A DNA stretch of 33,099 nt from a virus: UHGV virus genome UHGV-0076257; one strand, written 5' to 3'. Below are positions 1 through 7,309 of the stretch, in pieces. The number at the start of each line of letters is the position of its first letter. The stretch's first letter is position 1. The position numbers and the translations under genes were made by a program. The notes under the pieces are model-generated. The model was not told the origin of the DNA. It worked only from the letters and a program-made list of their open reading frames with translations, and did not search any database.

Positions 1-463
1 TATACTCATATTCTTGGGCCACCAGATTTTTTGCAGCTTCTATAGCAGCATCCACGCCCTGTGCCCGCAGTTCCGACAGGAAAGAGTCGGTGGCTGGGGT
101 TTCGATATCGTTAATTTCAGGAAGAATCTCTTCCCATGTGGCGATATCGCCATTCAAATGCCATCCGGCAATTCCACTGGAGTTATCCGCAACACTCCGA
201 ACGGCTTCAATAGCTTCATGCATTGCCGCATTCTCCGCCGCCAGCGCCGAAAACTTCTCGTGTGCCAACTTAACAGCTGCATCAGCCTGCTTAATTGACT
301 CAATCGCTTTCTGGTGGTCTTCGGACAGAGCCGAAATCTTGGCCTCCGCTTCAGCAAATTTACGCACCAGATATTCAGCGTTTGTTTCGTTAACCTTTAA
401 ATCTCGTGGGATGCATTTACCTTTCAGAAAACCATCCATCTCAATTAGTGACATTTGTTTCAT
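1..463 (-). CDS. Hypothetical early-left (ea-region) protein, 3' end truncated by window edge
   Basis: Hand translation of minus strand from ATG at 463-461 gives [16 protein letters not shown]... with no stop through position 2; start overlaps the upstream stop (ATGA). Absent from the ORF track because it is incomplete. Confidence 0.45.
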   Translation of the reverse strand, partial: MKQMSLIEMDGFLKGKCIPRDLKVNETNAEYLVRKFAEAEAKISALSEDHQKAIESIKQADAAVKLAHEKFSALAAENAAMHEAIEAVRSVADNSSGIAGWHLNGDIATWEEILPEINDIETPATDSFLSELRAQGVDAAIEAAKNLVAQEYEY

Positions 464-624
464 TTCTTCCCACTCCGCCACATCGCATTCAGATATTTGT
501 TTTGATTCACTGATGGAAACGAGTTTTGCTTAAGTAATTCCTCTCTCGATGGCATTGGCTTTACGCGTTGGCGAATAATCATTTCTGCCGGAAGAATGCC
601 GGGATTGTATGCAAGTCCTCTCAT
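460..624 (-). CDS. Hypothetical small protein (54 aa)
   Basis: Hand translation [54 protein letters not shown]; ATGA overlaps with both neighbouring genes suggest translational coupling. Below the ORF-track size cutoff. Confidence 0.35.
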   Translation of the reverse strand: MRGLAYNPGILPAEMIIRQRVKPMPSREELLKQNSFPSVNQNKYLNAMWRSGKK

Positions 625-902
625 GATTTACTCTCAACGAACTGGTCAATAGCCATGCTAAGTGACACACCTAAAGTCTCGATATGCTGCTGAATATCCT
701 GTAGCGTCTGCGCCTGAGATAACAGGATTTCACGGTTGCATAACTCTTTAACCAGATGCTCAAACTTGCTGTAATAACCGATACGACTTAGTGTTTCTTT
801 CCCTGCATTCTCGCCTTCTTTGATAATTCCTCTTTCGCTAAGAATCAGATCGTGTTTGGTTCCGGTGATAACGTATTTGCCGAGGTCGATGTTTAGCTTC
901 AT
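621..902 (-). CDS. Hypothetical protein (93 aa), early-left operon
   Basis: Complete ORF in the track, co-oriented and tightly packed with neighbours; no family recognised. Confidence 0.55.
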   Translation of the reverse strand: MKLNIDLGKYVITGTKHDLILSERGIIKEGENAGKETLSRIGYYSKFEHLVKELCNREILLSQAQTLQDIQQHIETLGVSLSMAIDQFVESKS

Positions 903-918
903 TGTTAATTATTCCATG

Positions 919-1233
919 TTAATTTATTCGTATGCCTGCTCTTTCTTCATCGAGTTTTTTTAGCTTGTATCGCATAGCCCTTACTGAATAAATTGAGCGG
1001 CAGGTTGCAATTGCTATTTCTTCTGCGGAGAACTTACCGAAAAGTGATACTTCTGCTCTTGTCCAGCGTCTTCCACGAAGTCGGCTAACAATGTCAGCGC
1101 CAATCCTTGTTGCTTTCGCCATAACTGCTTTTTCAGTCCTTTCCAGTTTTTCAGCAATAACTTCAACTGGCATTGTCGCCGATACTTCGCGCAAGAAATC
1201 GACTTCCCATTTCTCCCATGGAGTCTTTTTCAT
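919..1233 (-). CDS. Hypothetical protein (104 aa), early-left operon
   Basis: Complete ORF in the track, co-oriented with the recombination genes; no family recognised. Confidence 0.55.
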   Translation of the reverse strand: MKKTPWEKWEVDFLREVSATMPVEVIAEKLERTEKAVMAKATRIGADIVSRLRGRRWTRAEVSLFGKFSAEEIAIATCRSIYSVRAMRYKLKKLDEERAGIRIN

Positions 1234-1244
1234 AGGCGATACCG

Positions 1245-1733
1245 TTATTTGATAAGAAGTGAAGGTTTCCCAACCTTGAGTTGAGCACCGGGAATATTTA
1301 TTCCTGCTTTTAGTTGGTGCTTGATTGCCAGTTTGTCGGCTTTAATTGTCGTTTCAAACTCAACGTATTCAGGAGGAAGGGCGCTTGAGTCGATTATTTC
1401 TACAATTTCTGACGGTTTGCGGATTGTTACCTGGTGAATACCTGCTCGAATATTTTTCTTGCCAACCATTTCAAGCGATGACGCTATATATGATTTGATG
1501 CTGTCAATCTTATTTTGAATTACTGCGGCTCGCTCATTCAGTGACTTTGCCTCTTCCTTGAGGCGTTCGGCATAACCAGATTCATTTTTAATGACGGAAA
1601 GAAGTTGTTCTATTTTATCGGTAAATTCTCCTTCCATGCCTTCTATTGTGTCAGCAATCATCTCTGGTTCTAAATCTGAATCCATCAATTTTGCGTATTC
1701 ATTGGCAATTTCATATAGTTTGCTCACTGGCAA
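1245..1733 (-). CDS. Gp157-family-like protein (recombination-module associated)
   Basis: 162-aa coiled-coil-rich ORF immediately downstream of recT and overlapping its 3' end by 23 nt; size and position are typical of Siphovirus Gp157-type proteins. Assignment is from memory and context. Confidence 0.5.
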   Translation of the reverse strand: MPVSKLYEIANEYAKLMDSDLEPEMIADTIEGMEGEFTDKIEQLLSVIKNESGYAERLKEEAKSLNERAAVIQNKIDSIKSYIASSLEMVGKKNIRAGIHQVTIRKPSEIVEIIDSSALPPEYVEFETTIKADKLAIKHQLKAGINIPGAQLKVGKPSLLIK

Positions 1734-2622
1734 CCTCCAGTTTCGCTTTGCATTCTATGTAAATGGCTTGTACGTTCTGCTGCAATTTCATTCCAGATGT
1801 CAGGCGATATGCTTCTGCAAAATATCTCTTCAAATCATCCATGTTTTCAGCCTGAGCCATTTCATCACAAAGAAGTTGTGCTTTTTCCGTTATTTCCTGC
1901 TGGCGTTTCCGTTCATCTTCGCGGATATCTTCCTCTGATTTATGCGGCATAACTGGTTCAGTCCACACACCTTCTTCTTCGTTTAGTACGTGAATAGCAC
2001 TATCAAGACGTGATGCCTTAGGCCAATACTTGCTTGCACGCTTTACGACCGTCTTTCGCGCCATCTCATTCCAGTGATTTACCCATGGTCCTTTATCGCT
2101 GAATGCTGCCTTGCTTGTTTTCCTTACAGCCTCAATTTCAGCCAGACTCATCTCTTCCGTTAGATAATCACCTGCTGGCGTCTTAACTGTGCAGTAAACG
2201 CCAACGATATCACCACGATCACCGAAGGCGTTGTATTTATGGGTTGGTGCTTTATCAAGCCCGTTTGACTCATAGGTATCGTTAGCATGAACAAGTTTTG
2301 CCTGACCCCATGAGATAACACCAGACTCCATTGCAATATGGAGCAATCCCATATAGCTGATATCAAGGCAAACCATGCCATCGCGCGGAACCAGATAAGC
2401 CAGTTTGCTTGCAGGGTTTAAGGTGATGCCGATCGCCGCAACATTGATGATGGCGTTCTGTGCGCTGGTTGGATTTGCCAGTGCTGTTTTAGCCAGGTAA
2501 TCATTTTTCTGGAAATACTGAATTGCAAACTGGCTTTCCTTAGCCCATGTCACCGTCTGTTCAGTCAATGCTCCGCAGAATAACTGCTCCTGCTGTTTAA
2601 CGAATTCAACGATATTGCTCAT
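1711..2622 (-). CDS. recT: RecT-family single-strand annealing recombinase
   Basis: 303-aa ORF with segment GPWVNHWNEMARKTVVKRASKYWP closely resembling the conserved RecT core (Rac RecT GPWVTHWEEMAKKT...); sits in the lambdoid recombination slot. Confidence 0.85.
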   Translation of the reverse strand: MSNIVEFVKQQEQLFCGALTEQTVTWAKESQFAIQYFQKNDYLAKTALANPTSAQNAIINVAAIGITLNPASKLAYLVPRDGMVCLDISYMGLLHIAMESGVISWGQAKLVHANDTYESNGLDKAPTHKYNAFGDRGDIVGVYCTVKTPAGDYLTEEMSLAEIEAVRKTSKAAFSDKGPWVNHWNEMARKTVVKRASKYWPKASRLDSAIHVLNEEEGVWTEPVMPHKSEEDIREDERKRQQEITEKAQLLCDEMAQAENMDDLKRYFAEAYRLTSGMKLQQNVQAIYIECKAKLEVASEQTI

Positions 2623-2930
2623 GCTGCTTCTCCATAAATGTGTCTGCGTTTGAATATTGCGAAGGCATATTCAGCCTTAACTCTTTCGGTTATTGCATCC
2701 CAGAACCATTCAGCGGCTTTTTCCTGATAGTTACAATCATCATCTTCCAGCCAGTCGATAGCGTCCTTAGTGTGTTCATCTGGTTTATATGAGCGAAGCA
2801 TTTCGCTTATTGGGTCGCAACGTTTGCAGAGGCGAACAACTTCACTGTTGATTCGCTCGTAATCTTCATCAGTAAAACTTGCGATTATTTGCGATATTTC
2901 ACGCTTATCATTCAGAGTCAGAATCATCAT
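2619..2930 (-). CDS. Hypothetical acidic protein (103 aa) in the Gam/Abc position upstream of recT
   Basis: Complete ORF whose stop overlaps the recT start (ATGA); acidic, Trp-rich. Position matches where lambda gam and P22 abc/arf lie; the function is inferred from position only. Confidence 0.5.
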   Translation of the reverse strand: MMILTLNDKREISQIIASFTDEDYERINSEVVRLCKRCDPISEMLRSYKPDEHTKDAIDWLEDDDCNYQEKAAEWFWDAITERVKAEYAFAIFKRRHIYGEAA

Positions 2931-3015
2931 CTTTCTCCTGTTCTTTGTGCTGATTGAGCATTTTGTTCATCTGACGAATGAATTCTTCGTCTGACCAGTT
3001 ATCTGTAAAACTCAT
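2908..3015 (-). CDS. Possible very small ORF (35 aa)
   Basis: Hand translation MSFTDNWSDEEFIRQMNKMLNQHKEQEKDDDSDSE; its start overlaps the kil stop (ATGA) and its end overlaps the next gene's start. Could be a real coupled micro-ORF or chance. Confidence 0.25.
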   Translation of the reverse strand: MSFTDNWSDEEFIRQMNKMLNQHKEQEKDDDSDSE

Positions 3016-3164
3016 TTCCTGCGATACCACGGAAGGTTGATAGCTGATTTCATCGCTTTATTTGCTTCAAGCCACATTTTTGAATCACCAATAAATCTGG
3101 CTATTACTGCTTTGTTCTGTGCAGCACGAAGCATCTGGTGATTAATGGCTATTTCATTGCGCAT
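3012..3164 (-). CDS. kil: Kil-like host-killing / cell-division inhibitor (50 aa)
   Basis: Hand translation MRNEIAINHQMLRAAQNKAVIARFIGDSKMWLEANKAMKSAINLPWYRRK; the IARFIGDSKMWLEA core resembles lambda Kil (IATFIGDEKMFREA); lies directly downstream of cIII as in lambda. Confidence 0.65.
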   Translation of the reverse strand: MRNEIAINHQMLRAAQNKAVIARFIGDSKMWLEANKAMKSAINLPWYRRK

Positions 3165-3274
3165 AATAAGACCTCAACTCTTTTCCATCCGTCACGTAAT
3201 TTACTGGTGATTCGTTCAAGTAAAGATTCGGAAGGGCAGCCAGCAACAGGCCACCCTGCAATGGCATATTGCAT
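3149..3274 (-). CDS. cIII: CIII-like protein (FtsH inhibitor, stabilises CII)
   Basis: The internal Met of track ORF 3149..3376 gives MQYAIAGWPVAGCPSESLLERITSKLRDGWKR..., matching the lambda CIII N-terminus; AAGGAG ribosome-binding site 6 nt upstream of this ATG. Confidence 0.75.
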   Translation of the reverse strand: MQYAIAGWPVAGCPSESLLERITSKLRDGWKRVEVLLCAMK

Positions 3275-3303
3275 GGTGTGCTCCTTATTTATACATAACG
3301 AAA

Positions 3304-3323
3304 AACGCCTCGAGTGAAGCGTT
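3304..3323 (-). terminator. Intrinsic terminator-like hairpin upstream of cIII (tL-type)
   Basis: Minus strand reads AACGCTTCACTCGAGGCGTT followed by TTTT; 7-bp stem including one G-U pair. Confidence 0.45.
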
Positions 3324-3335
3324 ATTGGTATGCAT

Positions 3336-3361
3336 ATAAAAAGGCCCTCACACTGGAGGGC
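3336..3361 (-). terminator. Intrinsic terminator (tL-type)
   Basis: Minus strand GCCCTC-CAGTGT-GAGGGC hairpin followed by CTTTTTAT. Confidence 0.55.
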
Positions 3362-3480
3362 AAAGAAGATTTCCAATAATCAGAACAAGTCGGCTCCTGT
3401 TTAGTTACGAGCGACATTGCTCCGTGTATTCACTCGTTGGAATGAATACACAGTGCAGTGTTTATTCTGTTGTTAGTGCC

Positions 3481-3505
3481 AAAAATAAAGGCCGACTATG
3501 CGGCC
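3481..3505 (-). terminator. Intrinsic terminator at the 3' end of the 207-aa gene
   Basis: Minus strand GGCCGCATAGTCGGCC hairpin overlapping the stop codon, followed by TTTATTTTT. Confidence 0.5.
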
Positions 3506-4119
3506 TCGGAAGGAAGTCCAATCATCTTATTCAAATCTTCTACCCGTAAAGCAGGAAGTGCTGTACTTGCTTTATCTGCTTCTTTTGGTAGCAATTCTTT
3601 GCTTTCAGGCCAAACTTCAATAAGTCGCTTAACTGTTGTGACTGAGTTCAAAGCAGCCCATACATTTGATTCGATATCCTTTTTCTTGGCTTCAAGTTTT
3701 TGTTGCAATGCGCAGATTTCATCAAACCTTTTTGTTATTTCGTGTTCTGCGCTAAACATGCATTTATCTTTGGTCGGAGTAGGGAGCAATATATCTTCGC
3801 CGTTGCCGTCTTTCCCATATGAATGCCATCCAACCCTTCTGCCAGATACAGTCAGATAAATTGAAGTAGAACTAACATCGTATGAGTAAAATGAACATCC
3901 CATCTTTTCAAGTTCTTCACTTATAGCTACCAACTTGGATGATAACTGATCCACTTCCTCAGTTTTCTTTTTACCGCCAAACGCAATAACTCTGGCGTCA
4001 AGTGCAAGCTGGTTCTTTAACTTTGTTACTTCTTCAAGTTCAGTGAAAACCCCAGACTTAATTAAAGCGTTACGAGCGATTTCCTCTTTCATTCTCGTAG
4101 TTAAGCGGATTGATGACAT
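3496..4119 (-). CDS. Unrecognised 207-aa protein in the N-cIII accessory slot
   Basis: Track ORF 3496..4179 trimmed to the Met at 4119 (MSSIRLTTRMKEEIARNAL...), which has a GAGG ribosome-binding site and avoids overlap with N. Coiled-coil-like N-terminus; no family recognised. Confidence 0.6.
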   Translation of the reverse strand: MSSIRLTTRMKEEIARNALIKSGVFTELEEVTKLKNQLALDARVIAFGGKKKTEEVDQLSSKLVAISEELEKMGCSFYSYDVSSTSIYLTVSGRRVGWHSYGKDGNGEDILLPTPTKDKCMFSAEHEITKRFDEICALQQKLEAKKKDIESNVWAALNSVTTVKRLIEVWPESKELLPKEADKASTALPALRVEDLNKMIGLPSEAA

Positions 4120-4130
4120 ATTAATTCCTC

Positions 4131-4430
4131 TCAAATAAGTGGTTTGCTGCCTAATTTTATTTTCTGGCGACCAACACAAGTCACACCCATTTCACTGCGT
4201 GGCTTGCGGTAGTAAATACGGTTCTGTTTATGCTCGACTTCTTCTGCTTTCTTACAGCGAAGGCTTCCGAGTGATGCTGCTTTATCTGCTCTGACGCAAC
4301 CAGAGAGCTTTAGCGCAATTTTTCGCGCCAGTCGCTGCTCTTGCATTGCCTGTTCACGTTGAGCCTGTCTGCGTGCTCTGCGGCGATTTCTGGCGTTATC
4401 GTCAGCCAGATATGTAATGACTACTGTCAT
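4131..4430 (-). CDS. N: Antitermination protein N (lambda-N-like)
   Basis: N-terminal arginine-rich motif (DNARNRRRARRQAQREQ) and C-terminus YYRKPRSEMGVTCVGRQKIKLGSKPLI resembling lambda N (...WYSKPGERGITCSGRQKIKGKSIPLI); first gene downstream of PL/nutL. Confidence 0.85.
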   Translation of the reverse strand: MTVVITYLADDNARNRRRARRQAQREQAMQEQRLARKIALKLSGCVRADKAASLGSLRCKKAEEVEHKQNRIYYRKPRSEMGVTCVGRQKIKLGSKPLI

Positions 4431-4537
4431 GTTGACCTCCGATGATTGACTTTGGCGGTGACGCGCCGGGTGCTTATCTTCCAGTTGCCGTCGTGCAGCT
4501 GCACTTCACGTCACCCCAAAGCCAACTACTCTTTGGT

Positions 4538-4579
4538 TCCCGCATTTCGGCGGGACAATCCCATCAATGTTAAAGAGCC
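4538..4579 (-). promoter_or_regulatory. nutL site (boxA plus boxB hairpin)
   Basis: Minus strand reads GGCTCTTTAACA (boxA-like) then TCCCGCCGAAATGCGGGA (6-bp stem hairpin) between PL and N; the same boxA/boxB pair recurs on the plus strand after cro. Confidence 0.7.
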
Positions 4580-4624
4580 TGCCAATCTGTTCCGTTTGGC
4601 TACCAGCGTCCTGCTGATGGCTTA

Positions 4625-4708
4625 AATTTAAGATCTCTTTAATTAATGGTCAAGAGTATTTTTGAAGAAAACTTAAATTTTCTTTCGTAACTTAAGTTTG
4701 GCTTTGAT
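4625..4708 (-). promoter_or_regulatory. PL promoter with OL operator sites
   Basis: Minus-strand -35 TTGACC (plus 4648-4653) and -10 TAAATT (plus 4625-4630) with 17-bp spacer; operator-like ATTTAAGATCTCTTTAAT at 4626-4643 and weaker related sites at 4671-4708. Confidence 0.5.
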
Positions 4709-4721
4709 TTTTAAAGGAAAT

Positions 4722-4747
4722 AAAAAAAAGGGGCGAATGCCCCCCTT
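4722..4747 (-). terminator. Intrinsic terminator immediately after the repressor gene
   Basis: Minus strand GGGGGC-ATTC-GCCCC hairpin followed by TTTTTTTT, abutting the c2 stop codon. Confidence 0.6.
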
Positions 4748-5396
4748 ATGGAAGGTTTGCTAGTTTTGCATCGACAACTACGCCGATGATTTTGCAGTTT
4801 CCGTTGATCTCGATCATCGGATATTGTGGGTTAAGTGGTTTTAGAAACTTCCTGCCTGCATCAATAACTAACTTCTTGAAAGTTGCCTCGTTTTCTCCTT
4901 CGAGCTTTGCAACTACCAGTTTCCCGTTACGCGGCTCTACTTCAGGATCGACGAGTATTATCATTCCTTCAGGGATACTGAGACCGGCCGGAGCCGTCAT
5001 TGAGTCTCCCTTCACGTCCAACCAAAACGAATCTTCTGAACAGTCTACGGTTGTATCGTACCAGTTATCTATTGCACGCTTATGATATGGTTCTACAGCT
5101 TCCATCCAGCATCCTGCGCTCACCCAGCTAATCAGAGGGTATGACCCTCTTGGATCATGCCTACTGTGATAGGCAATGTTTGAAAGACTTTCCTCTCCTT
5201 TCATCAGATAGTCAGGGGAACACTTCAACGCATTAGCCAGGGCGAGAAGATTCTCTCCATTTGGCTCTGTCTCAGAGCGTTCCCACTGAGATATGGCAAC
5301 ATTAGACACGCCGACCATCTTTCCAAGTGCGGCCTGCCTGATCTTGAGTTCTTTTCTCCGAGCGCGAATGCGCTCTCCCATCAATTGAGTTTTCAT
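4746..5396 (-). CDS. c2: Prophage repressor, P22 C2 type (LexA-like autocleaving repressor)
   Basis: 216-aa ORF MKTQLMGERIRARRKELKIRQAALGKMVGVSNVAISQWERSE... is, as far as I recall, nearly identical to P22 C2; HTH N-domain plus S24-peptidase-type C-domain (GDSM...K). Confidence 0.93.
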   Translation of the reverse strand: MKTQLMGERIRARRKELKIRQAALGKMVGVSNVAISQWERSETEPNGENLLALANALKCSPDYLMKGEESLSNIAYHSRHDPRGSYPLISWVSAGCWMEAVEPYHKRAIDNWYDTTVDCSEDSFWLDVKGDSMTAPAGLSIPEGMIILVDPEVEPRNGKLVVAKLEGENEATFKKLVIDAGRKFLKPLNPQYPMIEINGNCKIIGVVVDAKLANLP

Positions 5397-5462
5397 AGTT
5401 AAGACATCTTAAATAAACTTGACTTAAGATTCCTTTAGTGGATAATTTAAGTGTTCTTTGAT
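5397..5462. promoter_or_regulatory. OR operator cluster with PR (and divergent PRM)
   Basis: Three 18-bp sites of the P22 type: AGTTAAGACATCTTAAAT (5397-5414), ACTTAAGATTCCTTTAGT (5422-5439), ATTTAAGTGTTCTTTGAT (5445-5462); PR -35 TTGACT 5419-5424 and -10 GATAAT 5441-5446 ahead of cro. Confidence 0.75.
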
Positions 5463-5476
5463 TTCGGAGCGAGTCT

Positions 5477-5662
5477 ATGTACAAGAAAGATGTTATCGAC
5501 CACTTCGGAACCCAGCGTGCTGTAGCTAAAGCGTTAGGCATTAGCGACGCAGCAGTCTCTCAGTGGAAGGAAGTCATCCCAGAGAAAGACGCCTATCGAC
5601 TGGAAGTCGTTACAGCTGGCGCCCTGAAGTATCAAGAAAGCGCTTACCGCAAAGCGGCATAA
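5477..5662 (+). CDS. cro: Cro repressor (P22 type)
   Basis: 61-aa ORF MYKKDVIDHFGTQRAVAKALGISDAAVSQWK... with HTH; first gene from PR, divergent from c2. Confidence 0.9.
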   Translation: MYKKDVIDHFGTQRAVAKALGISDAAVSQWKEVIPEKDAYRLEVVTAGALKYQESAYRKAA

Positions 5663-5668
5663 GCAAAT

Positions 5669-5711
5669 TGCTCTTTAACAGTCATGGTCCTCATTCCCGC
5701 CGAAATGCGGG
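5669..5711 (+). promoter_or_regulatory. nutR site (boxA plus boxB hairpin)
   Basis: TGCTCTTTAACA at 5669-5680 and TCCCGCCGAAATGCGGGA at 5694-5711; the boxB is identical to that of nutL. Confidence 0.7.
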
Positions 5712-5770
5712 AATACAACGCGCATAAGTTGATGCGCATAACTTCTTATTTGTTAAGGAAATACTTACAT

Positions 5771-6064
5771 ATGGTTCGTGCAAACAAACGCAACGAGGCT
5801 CTAAGAATCGAGAGTGCGTTGCTTAACAAAATCGCAATGCTTGGAACTGAGAAGACAGCGGAAGCTGTGGGAGTTGATAAGTCGCAGATCAGCAGGTGGA
5901 AGAGGGACTGGATTCCAAAGTTCTCAATGCTGCTTGCTGTTCTTGAATGGGGCGTCGTTGACGACGATATGGCTCGATTGGCACGACAAGTTGCTTCGAT
6001 TCTCACCAATAAAAAACGCCCGGCGGCAACCGAGCGTTCTGATCAAATACAAATGGAATTTTAA
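5771..6064 (+). CDS. c1: CII-type transcriptional activator (P22 c1)
   Basis: Track ORF 5684..6064 trimmed to the internal Met (MVRANKRNEALRIESALLNKIAMLGTEK...), which has an AAGGAA ribosome-binding site and does not cover nutR; matches P22 C1 / lambda CII family from memory. Confidence 0.88.
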   Translation: MVRANKRNEALRIESALLNKIAMLGTEKTAEAVGVDKSQISRWKRDWIPKFSMLLAVLEWGVVDDDMARLARQVASILTNKKRPAATERSDQIQMEF

Positions 6065-6086
6065 TAACATCCAACGAGGTAATTAT

Positions 6087-6359
6087 ATGCGAAACAAAGG
6101 CTTTAATCCACCTGATACACACAAAGAAGCTAAGCGTTTGCGCTTCCTTCGTTCCATTGATGAAAGAACTCAAATCTCTTTTGTGAAAGTTGCCAGAACT
6201 GAGCTTCTGAAGGCTGAGGCGAGGGCGTTGCTCCCGTCTCTACCAAAAGAGGAGGGATATACGTTCATTCCAAACGCATTTCTGGAAAAGCTGATCAAAG
6301 AAGACATATCCGTAAGTCAGTTTAACGATGTTCTTAAGGTCTTTCGTCAAGGCAGGTAG
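6087..6359 (+). CDS. Hypothetical protein (90 aa) between c1 and the replication genes
   Basis: ATG at 6087 preceded by GAGG; MRNKGFNPPDTHKEAKRLRFLRSIDERTQ...; no family recognised. Confidence 0.5.
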   Translation: MRNKGFNPPDTHKEAKRLRFLRSIDERTQISFVKVARTELLKAEARALLPSLPKEEGYTFIPNAFLEKLIKEDISVSQFNDVLKVFRQGR

Positions 6360-6361
6360 TG

Positions 6362-7309
6362 ATGAGCAATACAGCAAAAATCTACGATTTCAGCGCCGCA
6401 CACGAGCGCAGGAGCAACAGGATGGAGAACCAGAAAACTGGTTACATTCCGTTGTACCGGAGCATTCTGAAACAGTCATGGGCGAAAGATGTTTATCTTC
6501 GCACCCTGTGGGAAAACCTTCTCCTGAATGCCGCCAGAAAGCCATACAAAGCGAATTTCAAAGGTCATGAATGGCATCTGCAACCCGGTCAACTGGTTGT
6601 GACAGCAGCTGATTTAGGTCTTCAGTTATGCGACAGGCATGGCAAGCCGGCAAGCCGTGATCAGGTTGAGCGGATGCTTCAGGTTTTTGTGAAAGAGGGG
6701 ATGATCTCCATTGATGGAGAGAAGCAAAAAGGTCGTGTGATCACCATCACAAATTACCATGAATACGCTCAAAAAATGGACAATTCCACCGCGCATGAAG
6801 CCGCACAAACAACCGCACATGATGCCGCACATGATGAAGCCAGTAATGGCGCGGCTTTCAGCGTACATGCCGCACATGAAAGCGCACATGAAGCCGCACA
6901 AACAACCGCACATCATGAACAAGAAGGTATTAACAAGAATATAAATAATACCCCCCTACCCCCCAATGGGGGAGGCGATGGGCAGGTTAAACCTGAACGT
7001 CGCAAGGCAGAACGAATCGACTACGAATCCTTCCTGAACGCCTACAACACCGAAGTCGGTGACAGGCTTCCACACGCTGTTGCGGTCAACGAGAAACGCA
7101 AACGCCGCCTGAAGAAAATCATCCCGCAACTGAAAACGCCAAACGTGGACGGTTTCAGAGCGTATGTCAGGGCGTTTGTGCATCAGGCCAAGCCGTTTTA
7201 CTTCGGAGACAACGACACGGGCTGGACGGCAGATTTTGATTACCTGCTGAGGGAAGATTCGTTAACGGGAGTTCGGGAAGGGAAGTTTGCAGACAGGGGG
7301 ATTGCATGA
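6362..7309 (+). CDS. Replication initiation protein (lambda O / P22 gene 18 analogue) carrying the putative origin
   Basis: About 315 aa, directly upstream of the helicase with an overlapping stop/start; internal [10 protein letters not shown] peptide repeats encoded by DNA iterons. Track start at 6359 is GTG; ATG at 6362 preferred. Confidence 0.8.
   Translation: MSNTAKIYDFSAAHERRSNRMENQKTGYIPLYRSILKQSWAKDVYLRTLWENLLLNAARKPYKANFKGHEWHLQPGQLVVTAADLGLQLCDRHGKPASRDQVERMLQVFVKEGMISIDGEKQKGRVITITNYHEYAQKMDNSTAHEAAQTTAHDAAHDEASNGAAFSVHAAHESAHEAAQTTAHHEQEGINKNINNTPLPPNGGGDGQVKPERRKAERIDYESFLNAYNTEVGDRLPHAVAVNEKRKRRLKKIIPQLKTPNVDGFRAYVRAFVHQAKPFYFGDNDTGWTADFDYLLREDSLTGVREGKFADRGIA
6790..6917. repeat. 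Iteron-like direct repeats (candidate origin) inside the initiator gene
   Basis: Exact 27-bp direct repeat CATGAAGCCGCACAAACAACCGCACAT at 6794-6820 and 6887-6913, plus several CCGCACATGA units between; an AT-rich stretch follows at about 6918-6950. Confidence 0.6.

Noticed and set aside
14-533. Plus-strand track ORFs 14..298 and 90..533
   Set aside because: They lie antisense to a continuous minus-strand reading frame (1..463) that is co-oriented and translationally coupled with the early-left operon; their low-complexity Ser/Ala/Cys-rich translations look like antisense artefacts.
3275-3376. N-terminal 34-codon extension of track ORF 3149..3376
   Set aside because: The extension runs through two terminator hairpins and has no ribosome-binding site; the internal Met at 3274 has AAGGAG upstream and begins the cIII-like sequence.
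4120-4179. Upstream extension of track ORF 3496..4179 overlapping the 3' end of N
   Set aside because: The Met at 4119 has a GAGG site and removes the 49-nt overlap with N; the extension (MCWSPENKIRQQTTYLRGIN) has no supporting signal.
5684-5770. Upstream extension of the c1 ORF across nutR
   Set aside because: It would translate the boxB hairpin; the Met at 5771 has an AAGGAA site and matches the known CII-type N-terminus.
6790-6917. Direct repeats considered as a possible CRISPR array
   Set aside because: Repeats are short, imperfect, in-frame coding sequence with no regular spacer structure; they fit origin iterons, not CRISPR.
6626-6944. Track ORFs 6626..6922 (minus) and 6759..6944 (plus), with Met/His/Cys-rich repetitive translations
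   Set aside because: Both are artefacts of reading the iteron repeats in the wrong frame or strand inside the replication initiator gene.
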